64,000 bases of DNA from Lama guanicoe (lineage: Eukaryota), in the NCBI GenBank assembly GCA_013239625.1, contig MU053365.1, positions 1,212,115 to 1,276,114 of the forward strand, read 5' to 3'. Positions within the stretch are counted from its first letter, which is position 1. Each line of letters starts with the position of its first letter. The notes under the pieces are model-generated. The model saw nothing but the letters and a program-made list of their open reading frames with translations. It ran no database searches and was not told the origin of the DNA. Position numbers and translations under genes: made by a program. Below, piece after piece: positions 24,511-37,074 of the stretch.

Positions 24511-25375
24511 TGTAGGGGTTAGGTTGAAAGGTTGGAGGTGAGAGGAAATAAAGACCTTTGAAAGGATAGGCAGAAGAGGGTAGACTAGAGTGAAAGTATT
24601 CCAAATGTTTCATCTTACTGGAATGGAGAAAAATGAGGGAGGAAATGGAGCATTTTGATGGAGGCAACATTTGATACCTTATTTTAAATAGATAGTAAAG
24701 AAATATGTGTATTAGAGGAAAGGAAAAAGAACAAACAGCAATGCAAAATAAATAGTAAATATAAATCGAGACACAAATCGCAAAATCAAGCACATCAGAC
24801 TTTACATTGCATTTGAATGGACTGATTTATCCCATTAAAATATAGAGACTGTCAATTAGATTAAAATACACTTAAAGTGATAAAGATTGAAATTAAGGAT
24901 ATGAGCAAAAAACATTAGACAAATAAAAATAAAAGAAATGCAGGAGGAATTTAAAATTGAAAGTGCCAAAGGGGACAAAGAAAGACATTATGTAATTGTA
25001 AGGGGTGAGGCTATAATAAACATAAACATAAAAATACATGCAGTAAACAACATAACAGCTAAATTCATAAAGTAGGGGTGATCACTGGTCTATAAACAGA
25101 AATCATTAGGTGGGGATTCTAGGAAAGATCTTTAAAAAAGGCTGACTTCACTGTAAGATCTTTTTTGCCCTTTCCCTCCCCTCCTTCTTCTGCCTGGAAT
25201 ATTGGATGTGATGGCTGAAACAGTAACAGCCATCTTTTGGCCATGAAACAACTTTGAGGATGGACAGTGGCACTCAGAATTGCAAAGCAGAAAGATAAAA
25301 AGGAACCTAGAGCATTGGTAACATCATAGAGCTTCCATATCAGTCCTGGGCTATCTGTTGTCAAATTTGCTCTGT

Positions 25376-25414
<39 letters not shown>

Positions 25415-25449
25415 TGAGAGAGAGAGAGGGGGAGAGAGAGGGAAAGTAA

Positions 25450-25600
25450 NNNNNNNNNNNNNNNNNNNNNNNNNNNNNNNNNNNNNNNNNNNNNNNNNNN
25501 NNNNNNNNNNNNNNNNNNNNNNNNNNNNNNNNNNNNNNNNNNNNNNNNNNNNNNNNNNNNNNNNNNNNNNNNNNNNNNNNNNNNNNNNNNNNNNNNNNNN
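25450..25600. other. Assembly gap (151 N)
   Basis: Run of N flanked by near-identical duplicated sequence. Confidence 0.99.
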
Positions 25601-26069
25601 AAAATGAGGGAGGAAATGGAGCATTTTGATGGAGGCAACATTTGATACCTTATTTTAAATAGATAGTAAAGAAATATGTGTATTAGAGGAAAGGAAAAAG
25701 AACAAACAGCAATGCAAAATAAATAGTAAATATAAATCGAGACACAAATCGCAAAATCAAGCACATCAGACTTTACATTGCATTTGAATGGACTGATTTA
25801 TCCCATTAAAATATAGAGACTGTCAATTAGATTAAAATACACTTAAAGTGATAAAGATTGAAATTAAGGATATGAGCAAAAAACATTAGACAAATAAAAA
25901 TAAAAGAAATGCAGGAGGAATTTAAAATTGAAAGTGCCAAAGGGGACAAAGAAAGACATTATGTAATTGTAAGGGGTGAGGCTATAATAAACATAAACAT
26001 AAAAATACATGCAGTAAACAACATAACAGCTAAATTCATAAAGTAGGGGTGATCACTGGTCTATAAACA

Positions 26070-26346
26070 GAAATCATTAGGTGGGGATTCTAGGAAAGAT
26101 CTTTAAAAAAGGCTGACTTCACTGTAAGATCTTTTTTGCCCTTTCCCTCCCCTCCTTCTTCTGCCTGGAATATTGGATGTGATGGCTGAAACAGTAACAG
26201 CCATCTTTTGGCCATGAAACAACTTTGAGGATGGACAGTGGCACTCAGAATTGCAAAGCAGAAAGATAAAAAGGAACCTAGAGCATTGGTAACATCATAG
26301 AGCTTCCATATCAGTCCTGGGCTATCTGTTGTCAAATTTGCTCTGT

Positions 26347-26387
<41 letters not shown>

Positions 26388-26495
26388 TGAGAGAGAGAGA
26401 GAGGGAGAGAGAGGGAAAGTAAACCACTATCTTGTTTAAGCTACTGTTATATTGATTCTCTTTCTAGCAGTTGAACATAATTCCTGTCTGATACA
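26070..26495 (+). mobile_element. MLT1 LTR with internal (TG)n(AG)n microsatellite (artefactual second copy at ~25100-25449)
   Basis: ...ttccttcttctgcctggaat...agcagaaagataaaaaggaaccta...cttgtttaagctactgtta...ctgataca. Confidence 0.65.
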
Positions 26496-27519
26496 TAGAG
26501 GAATTGAATAACATAATAAATAAATTTAAGTTAATATCTATGTGTGTATTGGTAAGTATACTATTTTGAGGGGGTAATGTGGGGGTGGGGGAGTAAGGGA
26601 ACATTTACACTGTCAATCACAAGTTGGTCCAAAAAGAAAATCGAAGCAGAGTTTTAAAAGTAGCTCCTTTATAGATTATACTCACTGATCTAGCTTAAAT
26701 AAAATTTGAAATAAATAATATAAATATGACTCGTCTACTTAGGTATCAAAAATCCCCTACAATTCTAAATGATTTTTGGATTAAAAAAATTGAAAACTAT
26801 TTAGAAAGCAATGAGTAATTCATACCAAAATATATGTTCTCAGAGAAAAATTCAAGGCCTTAAATGTCTTCATTTAAAAAAAAAGAAAAATAAAGAAAAT
26901 AAGTACTTATCTAAAAATATTAGGATAGAAACCAGGAAAACTAGGAAAAAGCAATTAAGAGGAATAAAAGCTAACATCAATAAATTGGGAAACAAAAATT
27001 ATAGTAGGTAGAATAAAAATCTAAAAGCTTGTTCTTTGAAAATATCTATAAATTAGATAAACTCTTTGCTAGTCTAAGGAGTAAAAGTGGAAGAATTTTG
27101 GTAAAATTCATAAGCAGAAAGGAGACATAAACTTGTGTGTAACATATACTTAAAGAATTATAAGTCAATATTACATACATGTGTTTGGCAGCAGATCTGA
27201 AAACAGAGGGATCATTGATTTCTTTTTAGTATATAATGACCAAAAGTAGAAGTGGAAAACTGGAGAAGATTAGTTTCATAGAAGAGATTGGAAAAGTGAT
27301 TTAGGATGTACCGTGGCAAAATCCACCAGAGAATGTTTGATAAACTATCGTAAACATCCTATTAAAGCATATCTGAGCTCAAAAGAAAGTAAGGTCAATT
27401 CCCAGAGAATAAACCCAAGTGGACCTCAAAACCAGAGCAGTAAGCTGGAATTGAAGTTGAACTTATGACTGTCCTATGCTTGCCAATCTTAGTAACAAAG
27501 TGTTTAGAATAGGGCTCTG

Positions 27520-28870
27520 AGTGGTGCACCCACCTGTATATTCCTTACCTCTCCCATCCTCAAGCTTTCCCCCAGAGGTAGCTATTATTCTGAATTTTTT
27601 GTTTGTGTTTACACAAATATCTGCTTATTTTTGAGCTTTATAAAAATGAAATACTGATGTAGTCTTGTGACTTGCTTTTTTTGACTCAAGATTTTGTGTA
27701 TAAGGTTTATTCATGTTACATGTTGTTATACTGAATTTATTTTCTCTGCTACATAATATTTCATTGTCTACATGTACCACCATTTTGTCTTTATTCACCT
27801 GTTTTATTTTTTCCATTTTTATTTTCTGCTGTTATGAACTGTGTAGGTATAATCATGGTGCAAATATGCAAGAACATATATGCATATATATCTAGGCTAT
27901 ATTCCTAGGAGTGGAATTGCTGCTTTACAGAATATGTGAATGTTAAACGTTATAACATAATGCAAATTGTTTTCCAAAGTGTTATACCTGTCTGTACTCC
28001 CACCAGAAGTTCCCAGTGATCTGCATCCTGACAAATATTTGGTGTTGTCAGACTTCTTAATTTTTGGCAACCTAGTGGATATTAAATTATGGCTAACTGT
28101 GGTATAATTTGTATTTCTCTGATTATTAATGAGGGTGAACATCTTTTTACATGGTTATGTGCCATTCATATCTTTCTTTTCTATGAAATGTCAGTTCAAG
28201 TCTTTTGCCAGTTTTCTATTTTGGTGGTTTGTCTTTTCTTATTCATTTGTAAGAATCCTTTAGGTATTCTAGATATTAATATTTTGTTAGGAATATTTGT
28301 TGTAAATATCCTCTCCCAGTTTATCACTTTTTACTTTCTTTATGATGGACAAAAGTTAATAATTTTCATGGAGTCAAATTTATCAATATTTTCTTTGTCT
28401 TATTTAAGAAATACTTCCTTACTTTGAGTTTATAAAGGTATCCTCCTATATTGTATTACATTTTTTAAAGTTTTGGTTTTCATATTAAAGTTTTACTCCA
28501 CCAGCAGCTGATTACTGAGTATGGCATATGATAGGATATCCAGTTGTTGCAGCACCATTTGTTGAATAATCTATCTTATCTATGTAATACCACTCCTGGT
28601 ATATATCATTTCTGTATATTCATGGGTCTATTTCTCCACACCTGATTCTGTTTCATTTTCAGTTCTTTATCCCCATACCAATATCACATTAATGTTCCTT
28701 TATAATAACTTTTGACATCTGATATAACAAAGGCAAACCTCGGGTATTCTTAAGCATATACATTTTAGAATGCATCTGTTGAGTTTCTTTAAAAAATCTG
28801 TTGGGATTTTAGTTGGAATTACATTGAATTATGGATCACTTGACCATGGGCAAGGCATCTTTATTCATTT
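27520..28870 (-). mobile_element. L1ME-type fragment
   Basis: Reverse ORF2 C-terminal remnant (ORF 27897-28142) and 3'UTR. Confidence 0.75.
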
Positions 28871-28899
28871 TTAAGATTTTTTTTACTGTCTCAAGAATT

Positions 28900-29004
28900 T
28901 CAAGACAATGACAGCAGAGTTTTAAACCAAGTGCTTAGCACTTCTCCGTGTGAGGTGAGGCTCTATGTGACTGCACAGGTCGCGTGCCAGCAAGGCTGGC
29001 CCTG
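28900..29004. mobile_element. MER45-like hAT end
   Basis: tgtgactgcacaggtcgcgtgccagcaaggctggccctg. Confidence 0.5.
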
Positions 29005-29739
29005 TCCACATTCCACCTTCTATATTGTCAATATTGCTTGTATTTACATTCTGTCCAAGAGATACTATCAAAAGTTGATAGAACTAGAAATAGAGCTTTA
29101 AATACAATATTTAAAGTTACCAAGGTAACCAGCGAGAGAACTAAAAATATCAAAGATCAACAATCAGGAAGATGAGAGAGGGCCAGAAGGATGTTGTAAA
29201 TTAAGTGCTTCTTTCATATCAGGGCTATGAGGGCGTCAAGAAATACAGATCAAGAAATAGACGTCTTAGCATATCATTCATACTTCCAGAGAGTTAAAAT
29301 GAGAAACTAAAAATGGATTGCTTTTGAGAAGTGTGTTTAGGGTTGGGAAAGGATAAGATGGGAAAGGGTCTGCAGCCTCTTGTCTTAGGGTTTTCTGTTG
29401 GTTTGTTACCATTTACATTCATTACTTTTATAAAATAAAAATAAAGACAGGGAAAGATGCTTTCTGTTATGTGTTGCAATAGGCTAATATGCATGAATTA
29501 CCATAATTCACTCTTAGCTGATTTTGGACAGAGTAAATATGATTGCTTTTTGAATATGAAAATACAAAGTTTGTAATAACTAATCAGATCAGATGTTTTC
29601 TTATTCCCATGAATTGGATATTTATAACAATGAAATTTCTTTGTATTTTATATTCTTAATAATGGTTTAATCTGAATAGATGTCTACTGAATAGAAAGAG
29701 ACTTCATTTTATTAGGTGACAGGTATTTCCAACTTTTAC

Positions 29740-30580
29740 CTTGGGTGGCTTTCTGTCAGAAAGGATGAACCAGTATTTTTTTTTCAGATTGATTAGCTAC
29801 TTCCAGGGGGCATTTTAAAACTAGTTGTGAGTTGTAGGCACTAGAGAGAGGTGGTTAAGATTGTGGGACTGTAATGCTGGAGGAGGTTCAGGTGCTGGTT
29901 CCTCTACTTACTAGCTGTCAGGGCTGTGGAAAGTTACTTAACTCTCTACCTCTGTTTTCTCCTTTCTAAACTGCAAACAATAATAATACTCACCACACAA
30001 GATTTTTTGACAATTTTGATAAAAGATGTAAAGTGCTTAAGCAGTGTCTGTGACAAAACAACTATCTAGTTCATGTAAGAGTCATAGAAAAAGTGTACTT
30101 TAAAATATCTTTCTTTTTATCTAAGAAGTGGTTATAGAAGCCAATAATTTTGTGTATTTTAACTTTTTTGGAAGTCAATTACAAAGAACCAATTTCAAGT
30201 GATTGGAATATTGTTTAGTTTTCTACTCTGTTGAAAATTCTAGTTGACTCTGTATCCTCTATGGTGAATAACATAGATAAACGAAACCTAAACTCTGGAT
30301 CAAGTGTTTTGATGGCTCTAAATCCATTTAAACTGACCTGAGGTATGTCTAGTAATATATAGTGTATTTGATTCTTCATTCTGGAAACAGTATGACATTA
30401 AACTGCAAAGGTGAAGCTAACTGATTGTGAAAACTTTCTTTCCTTCTGAGGTACTGTAGTGTGGAAATACATACTCCTGAGTTACTATTTGTTTATACCA
30501 AGCTTAGAACACATCAGTTTGGGAACCTGGCAAGACAGAATTGTAATTTTGCAAAAGTCTTCTGCCATGTACTTTTGCAC
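29740..30580 (-). pseudogene. Fossil gene exon, interrupted by a MIR
   Basis: Acceptor TTTCTAATTTTCAG|GTG. Fragments VQKYMAEDFCKITILSCQVPKLMCSKLG, RMKNQIHYILLDIPQVSLNGFRAIKTLDPEFRFRLSMLFTIEDTESTRIFNRVEN and WFFVIDFQKVKIHKIIGFYNHFLDKKKDILKYTF. Donor CCAAG|GTAAAA. Confidence 0.55.
29845..30070 (+). mobile_element. MIR SINE within a fossil exon
   Basis: gtggttaaga...ctacttactagctgt...aagttacttaactctct...gtaaagtgctta. Confidence 0.7.
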
Positions 30581-31950
30581 CTGAAAATTAGAAATTATGC
30601 TTATAATTAATGAATACTTCAATTCCTACCCATTCTTTCCTTTTTTTTTTTTGCTTTGCTTTTCTCTTCCTCCCTCCCTCTTTCCTCCTCACCCCTTCTG
30701 GAAAGGAAAATGCATATATTCAACTTACAAAAGAAAAACACCAAAGTAGAACCTCACACTAATCTGAGTCCCAAATAAGCTCATTGTTTACCAGCAGTGT
30801 TTAAAAACATTTTTCTCTTTAAATTCTGAAAATATACCCTGAAGAGAATATATATATACAGACTATGAATGGGAAATTATAACAATTATAAAATAATGTT
30901 TGGAAAATTTAAGAGATTCCAAAGATTTGTGAAACTTAGCAGATCAGAATTATAAACTTTTGTCATGTCTTTGGCTGTACAATATATCTTAGAGCTCACA
31001 TTTAAGATATATGTCATTTCTGAAAATAACACTGCTTTTTAAAAATTAACTTTTTACATATACATCACTAATGATGAGTTATAGATACAAAATTACTTGA
31101 TAGATTAATAGGATCTCTCTCTCTTCGCTTAAAAGATCTCATTGAAATGTGAGTAAATCCTGGGGGCAAAAGCTTTTATAGTTGTTATGTGAATTTTTTG
31201 AGTGTCCTAGGAATACTTGCTACTGTTGGAATCTACCCTTGGGAAACTGACAAAGTTAGCATATTCCAGTGATTACTGTCTCATATGGTTATTCTCTGAA
31301 ATACCAATGCAGTGAATTATTGAATTAGTCAATATTCTTTTGGTTTTAAGTGACAGAAACTTATCTCAAATGAGCTTAAGCAAAAAGGGGATTGGTTGGC
31401 TTCCATAACCTTGGATGGCCAAGGGTAGAGCTAGTTCCTGGCATTCAAACACTATCATTTCAATTCTGTCTTTCTCTTTCCATCTCTTGGCTCTACTTCC
31501 CTTAGTGTTGGCTTCATTCTCAAGTGGGCCTCTCACACTTGGCTGCAAAGACAGCCCCTGGCAGCTCCAGGCTTACATTGTCCCTGGTGCTTACAATCTC
31601 AGAAGAGGCCCTTTCATAACCAATGTCTATATCAGTCCCTGAAAAAGAGCTGAGCTTGGCTTTATTTGTTAAATATATCCATCCCTGAACCAGCCCATTA
31701 TACTGATTGACCTGGGGCAAGTGTACTCTCCTGAGGTAGAAAAGATGCAGGGCAATCAGAAAACTAACAGAAGGTTGTAGGATCTTCTCTTTGACCTCAA
31801 TATTCTGAAATTTCTCAGTGAGATAAATTAGTATGGTTCTATTTTCATCCATTAGATTGGGCATGTAATGACCCCTTTCAGATTGAAAACTCACATCCTT
31901 TAGTTCTGGAAATTTTTCTTTATTTTGTCATTTCTTTTATGTTTTTCTTC

Positions 31951-32518
31951 TATGGCATATTGTATTTTCCAAAGATGACCTTGCCAATATATCTCTAATC
32001 CCATATACTCTTCTTATAATGTGACCTTGACATTTCTTCAAGGAGTGGTAGAATCTATATTCTCCCCTTTTGAGCATGGGTGGGCCTCTGTAACTACCTC
32101 AACCAACACAATATAGGAGAAGTAACATTTTTCATCTTCCAAGGCTAGATCATAAAACGAAATATGATTTGTGCCTGGATCTCTCTCTCTATTTCTCTTA
32201 ACACTTATTATTGGAATCCAGCCACCACATTGTGAGAAAGCCCAGACTACATGGGTATACCCGTTGACAGCCCTAGCTAGACTTTAAGTTGACAGTCAGC
32301 ACCAACCACTAAACATGTGAATAAGCCCTCAGGTGATTCCAGTCTCCAGCCTTGGAGCCTTCCAGCTGAGGCCCAGACATTGTGGAGCACAGATATACCG
32401 TCCTCACTGTGCCGTATCTGAATGTCTGTCCCACGAAACTGCAGGAGACAGTAAGTGATTGTTGTTCTTTAAGGTACTAAGTGAGGAACTTGTTATGCAG
32501 CAATAGATAACTAACACA
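31951..32518 (+). mobile_element. MLT1 LTR (E/F-like)
   Basis: Ends ...ttgttatgcagcaatagataactaacaca. Confidence 0.7.
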
Positions 32519-33452
32519 TGTCCCTGTTTTCTCTCTGTTCTCTGTATTGCACTGCCATTATTCATAGGCTATTATCTCTTAGACTGGTCTTCTAATTTTC
32601 TTACCTTTTTTCCGCTATTATTTTGTTTCTTCATTTGTTTGTTCTACTTTCTGGGAGATATCAATTTTTATATTCCAATCCTTCTATTGAATTAAAATTT
32701 TTACCATAATATGATTTAATTTGTAGGATCTCTTTTTTAAAAAAATTTTTCCTTGTTTGTAGCATCCTGTTTATATTTAATATATATACACTATCTTTTA
32801 ATATATCTGAGGATATTATTATATAATTTGTATAGCAGCTTACTGAGACATAACTCACATACTTTACAATTTACCCTTTCAAAGTATAAATTCAATGCTT
32901 TTTTAGTATATTCACAGAGTTGTGTGACCATTATTATTATCTAATTCCAGAATATTTTCATGACTTCCTGCTAAAACCCTCTACCCATTAGCAGTTTCTA
33001 CCTGTTCCCTCCCCCTCCCATCCACTGTTAACCACTCACTAATCTTTCTGTCTATGAATTTGCCCATTCTGGACCTTTCATATAAATGTATTGCTATATT
33101 ATGTGGTCTTTTGTGTCTGGCTCCTTTCACTTAGCACAATATTTTCAAAATTCATCCATGTTATAGCATGAATTAGTACTCTGGAAACATTTTTTTCCCT
33201 TCATGAATAGTCCCTGCTTTTTCTGAATCTTTTTTGTTCCCTATTTGTTTGCTTTGGATACTATCTTTCATGTTGGAAATGTTCCGCAGATGTCTGATAA
33301 TCCTTGGATGTATACTAAAATGCTTAAGAGTAGGGAACCAAAAGTCGTTTGGAAGCAGTCATTTGGAGGATGTTGGTGGACCTTGTCAACATGGAGTTTC
33401 CCTTCAGGGTGATATCGCTGGGCCATTTTGGGGGAGGATCCTGGTAGAGTAC

Positions 33453-33838
33453 TGCACTAGTTTGCTAGGGCTGCTGTAACAAGGTACCACAGATTGAGTG
33501 GCTTAAACAACAGAAATTTCTTATCCCCCAATTCTGAAGACTAGAAGATTAAAATCAGTGTCAGCATGGTTGGTTTCCTCTGAGGCTTCTCTCCTTGGCT
33601 TGTAGATTGCCATTTTCTCACTGTGTCTTCACATTGTCTTCCCTTTGTACATGTCTGTGTCCAAATTTACTCTTCTTATAAGAATATCAGTCATATTGGG
33701 TTAGGGCCCACCCTAATGACCTCATTTTAACTTATTTATCTGTTTTAAGACCCTGTCTCCAAGTACAGTCACATTCTGAGGGACTACGGATAAGATGTGA
33801 ATGTACAAGGTTTGAGGGACATAATTCAGCCCATAACA
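33453..33838 (-). mobile_element. MLT1A/B-type LTR
   Basis: gggctgctgtaacaaggtaccacagattgagtggcttaaacaacagaaattt...aattcagcccataaca. Confidence 0.8.
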
Positions 33839-34577
33839 AGCACCTTTAGGTTTCCTTTCTTGTGATGATCAGATTTCATCCAAACTTCTGCCTGGAAGGT
33901 ATAAACCTGGCCACCACAGCTCTGAGAACTGAGTAGGGGAAGAGAGCTAGAGAATTCAGCATTAACTCAATCTGTCTGCTTTCAGTTACAGTCCCCTCAG
34001 CCCACCACTGTGTCTAATTCCCTCTTGTCTCGAGACCTTCTGTTCTACCCTCTCCAGAAAATAAACCTTCAGCTTCAGCTGGCTTAGGGAAGGGATCTGG
34101 AGTTTCAACTGCATCCTAAGTAAACTCTCAAGTGGCCTTTTATTTCATCCTTCCAGGAGTACCTACTTCCACTAATTAAGTCATCATCGTGGATGGGGGC
34201 TCTGCATTGTAAATTGAGTTATTTCTCAGCTTTCCTTACTGTTAGTTAAGGATTTGGCTTTCTTGGTTCTACTAAGTCACCACTCACAATGCTTTCTAGC
34301 TTTCAAAATTGTATTGCTGTTTTCTCTTCTCCCATTATGTTTTTCCTTGTCAGTTTGTACCTTTTAAAAATCTTTTTATTGTTGTTTTAGTGGAGTTTCA
34401 GGAAGAAGTAAAAGCAAATGTGGGTGTTTAATCCATCATCGTTACTCGGAAGTCCCACACATTTATATTTTTAAATGAGCTCATGCTATACAGACTGTTC
34501 TATAATCTGCTCTTATTATCAAACAAATCTTAGTGAATATTTAAGTTGTTTCCACATCAATAAATAGAAATCTACAT

Positions 34578-34766
34578 CAGTGGTTCTTAAGCTTGGCTGC
34601 ACATTGGAATCACTGGGTGGTGGGGGTGAAGGGAGCTTTAACAAGTACTGATGTCTGGGTCTCACTTCCAGAAGTCCTGATTGAATGGATATGAGGTATT
34701 GTGGCACTAGGAATTATGAAATCTCCCCAGACAGTTCACATATACAGCAAAATTTAAGAGCCCCTG
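34578..34766. mobile_element. MER5A hAT MITE
   Basis: cagtggttcttaagcttggctgcacattggaatcac...agagcccctg. Confidence 0.75.
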
Positions 34767-36594
34767 ACTTACACCATTGTTCATTATGCCAATATGGCAT
34801 TTCATTGAAGCGATAGACAGTAATGCATTTAAACAAACCCCTTTGTGGACACCTGGGGTGTTTCAAATTATTTGATATTATAAACAATGCTGTTATGAAC
34901 ATCTTTGGATATAAAACCTTCTCTATATTTCTGATTATTTTAGTGACTGTATTCCTATATGAATATTTATAAGATTTTGGGGTACAATTTACCATATTTC
35001 TGCTAAAGTGGTTTGGCCAATTCAGACTTCCACCAGTAGCGTGTGGGAATCTTTGCTTCTCCACACTCAGAAACACTATGTATGATCATTAACAAAAATT
35101 TAAAAATTAAACAATGTAGTCAGTTTTTTAAACTGAAAAATAGTATTGCATTCCTATTTTATTTTTTTCTGATTTTTATTGAGGTAAGATATATACAACA
35201 TACAATTTACCATTTTAATAATTCTTAAGTGTATAGTTCAGTGGCCTTAAGTACATTCACATTATTGTGCAACTGTCATCAACATCCAACTCCAGAACTT
35301 TTTCATCTTACCCATCTGAAGCTGTCCATTAAACGCTAATTTTCCATTTCCCCCTCCTCTTTTTATTAGCCCCTGGCAACCACCATTTTACTTTCTGTCT
35401 CTATGAATTTGAGTATTCCAGGTAGCTAACGTAAATGGAATCATAAGGTAAGAGTCCTTTTGTGGCTAGCGTATTTTATTTAGCATAATGTCTTCAAGGT
35501 TGCTATTTTATTTTTTAATATGTCATTTGGGAGGTGAAAGAATGTTTTTGCTTATTGTCTATCTGTATCTCACTTTTTGTCTATAAATTGCTTAATCATA
35601 TGAGGAACATCCGTGAGGAATGTTTTTTGCTCAAATTATCTGAAACCCTCATTAAAAGTGGCTTAAACTAATAAGGGTTCATTTTTTTCTTCACACAAAC
35701 AGGAGTCTGGAAGTAACCAGCCGCTGGTGGTATTGGTTCAGCCGCTCAATGATACCGCATTTGCAAGATGACTGTCCCAGCTTCAGCCATCCCATCCTTG
35801 TCCAAGGCAGGAAAAATTAGGTAAGGAATATGGTTGACCTCTGTACTTTGATTAAGAAAACATGATTTTTCCTAGAAATGCCCCTCTTCTCCAGCAGATA
35901 CTTGTTTGCAAGACTGTGTCACATTACTACCCCTAGGTGCCTGGGATGCAGGCAAGAGAGGTGGGTTGGGAATGCTCGCTGAGTTAGATGGGCAGCAGTG
36001 CATGGTCCTTTGCCTATTTAGCTATTAGAATGTTTGTGTTTTTCTTACTGATTTGTAACATTTCTTTGTAAAGTAGCAATATTAACCCTTTTTTGGTGTG
36101 TCACGTTTGTTTGGCAAATATATTTTCCTAGCTTCTTGTTTGCAGTTTAATTTTGTTTCAACATACAGAAGATTGATATTTTTTAATTGTTAGATCCATA
36201 TATCTTTTATTTCATGGTTTCTTCTTGATTCTTGTGCTTAACAAAAGCCTGGTCCATTCTGAGAAAAAGTGAATATTCTTTCTTATTTTCTTATTGATCT
36301 TCCATGGTTTCACTTTAATTTTAAAAAGCTGGAATGGTGCTTTGTTTGACTTCTTATCTGAGACTGGAGAAGGAGTGATTCGAGGATGTAGGTGCAAAGG
36401 AACAGAGGAAACGAATTTAATCTATTACCCCTGAACGCAGGAAAAATAATCCAGTCCTGCCAACTATGCAAGAAAGTATCCCATGTTAAAATGTTTAGTG
36501 GTGGGCTGTGGTGGGAGATGGATGAGGCAGATTTTTGGTGGCCTGTTTAAAAGTAAGAAATGTTTTATGGCCAACAAACTGCAAATAAAAACAC

Positions 36595-36925
36595 CGGTTC
36601 AATTTCAGAAATGAGGTGAGTATGAATATACAAATGGAAAGACAACACAGAGATCGATTTTACAAGCAGTTGTGCCATGAAAAATCCGGTAAGCCTGATG
36701 TAGAGTCCAAAGTTTGTTGTGAAAGAGGCACCAGAAGAGTATAGCTGGAACTGCCTTTGGCACAGTGGTCAAAAGTAGTTTTTATGGAGGGTAGAGAAAA
36801 AAAACCAGTCTGCTTTCTAAAGCTGTTTCCTATATTCTGCATTCACCTAGGACTGGACACTCTCTATGTCCCAGAAAAAATTACTTTAAAGTGACAGCCA
36901 AGTGACAGCCAAGTGACAGCCAGCC
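36595..36925 (-). pseudogene. Fossil gene exon (CxC-like region)
   Basis: Acceptor TTTTCTCATTATTATACAG|G. Reads FQLYSSGASFTTN/WTLHQAYRIFHGTTACKIDL.../HTHLISEIEP|GTGTTT, phase 0, matching the 30580 exon. Confidence 0.55.
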
Positions 36926-37074
36926 CTGTATAATAATGAGAAAATATACAAATATACAAGACATTTTAGGCTTAGAAAAAAATATCCTCCCATATGTTTG
37001 CATCTAATCCCATCTGTCTTTGATATAGAAAGATGACAAACTGAAATTGACAATGAACGTCCCAAATTATTTTG

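Noticed and set aside
24630..26422. ~820-bp tandem duplication (24630-25449 and 25601-26422)
   Set aside because: The copies are essentially identical except in the microsatellite and directly flank a 151-N gap, typical of unmerged overlapping contig ends.
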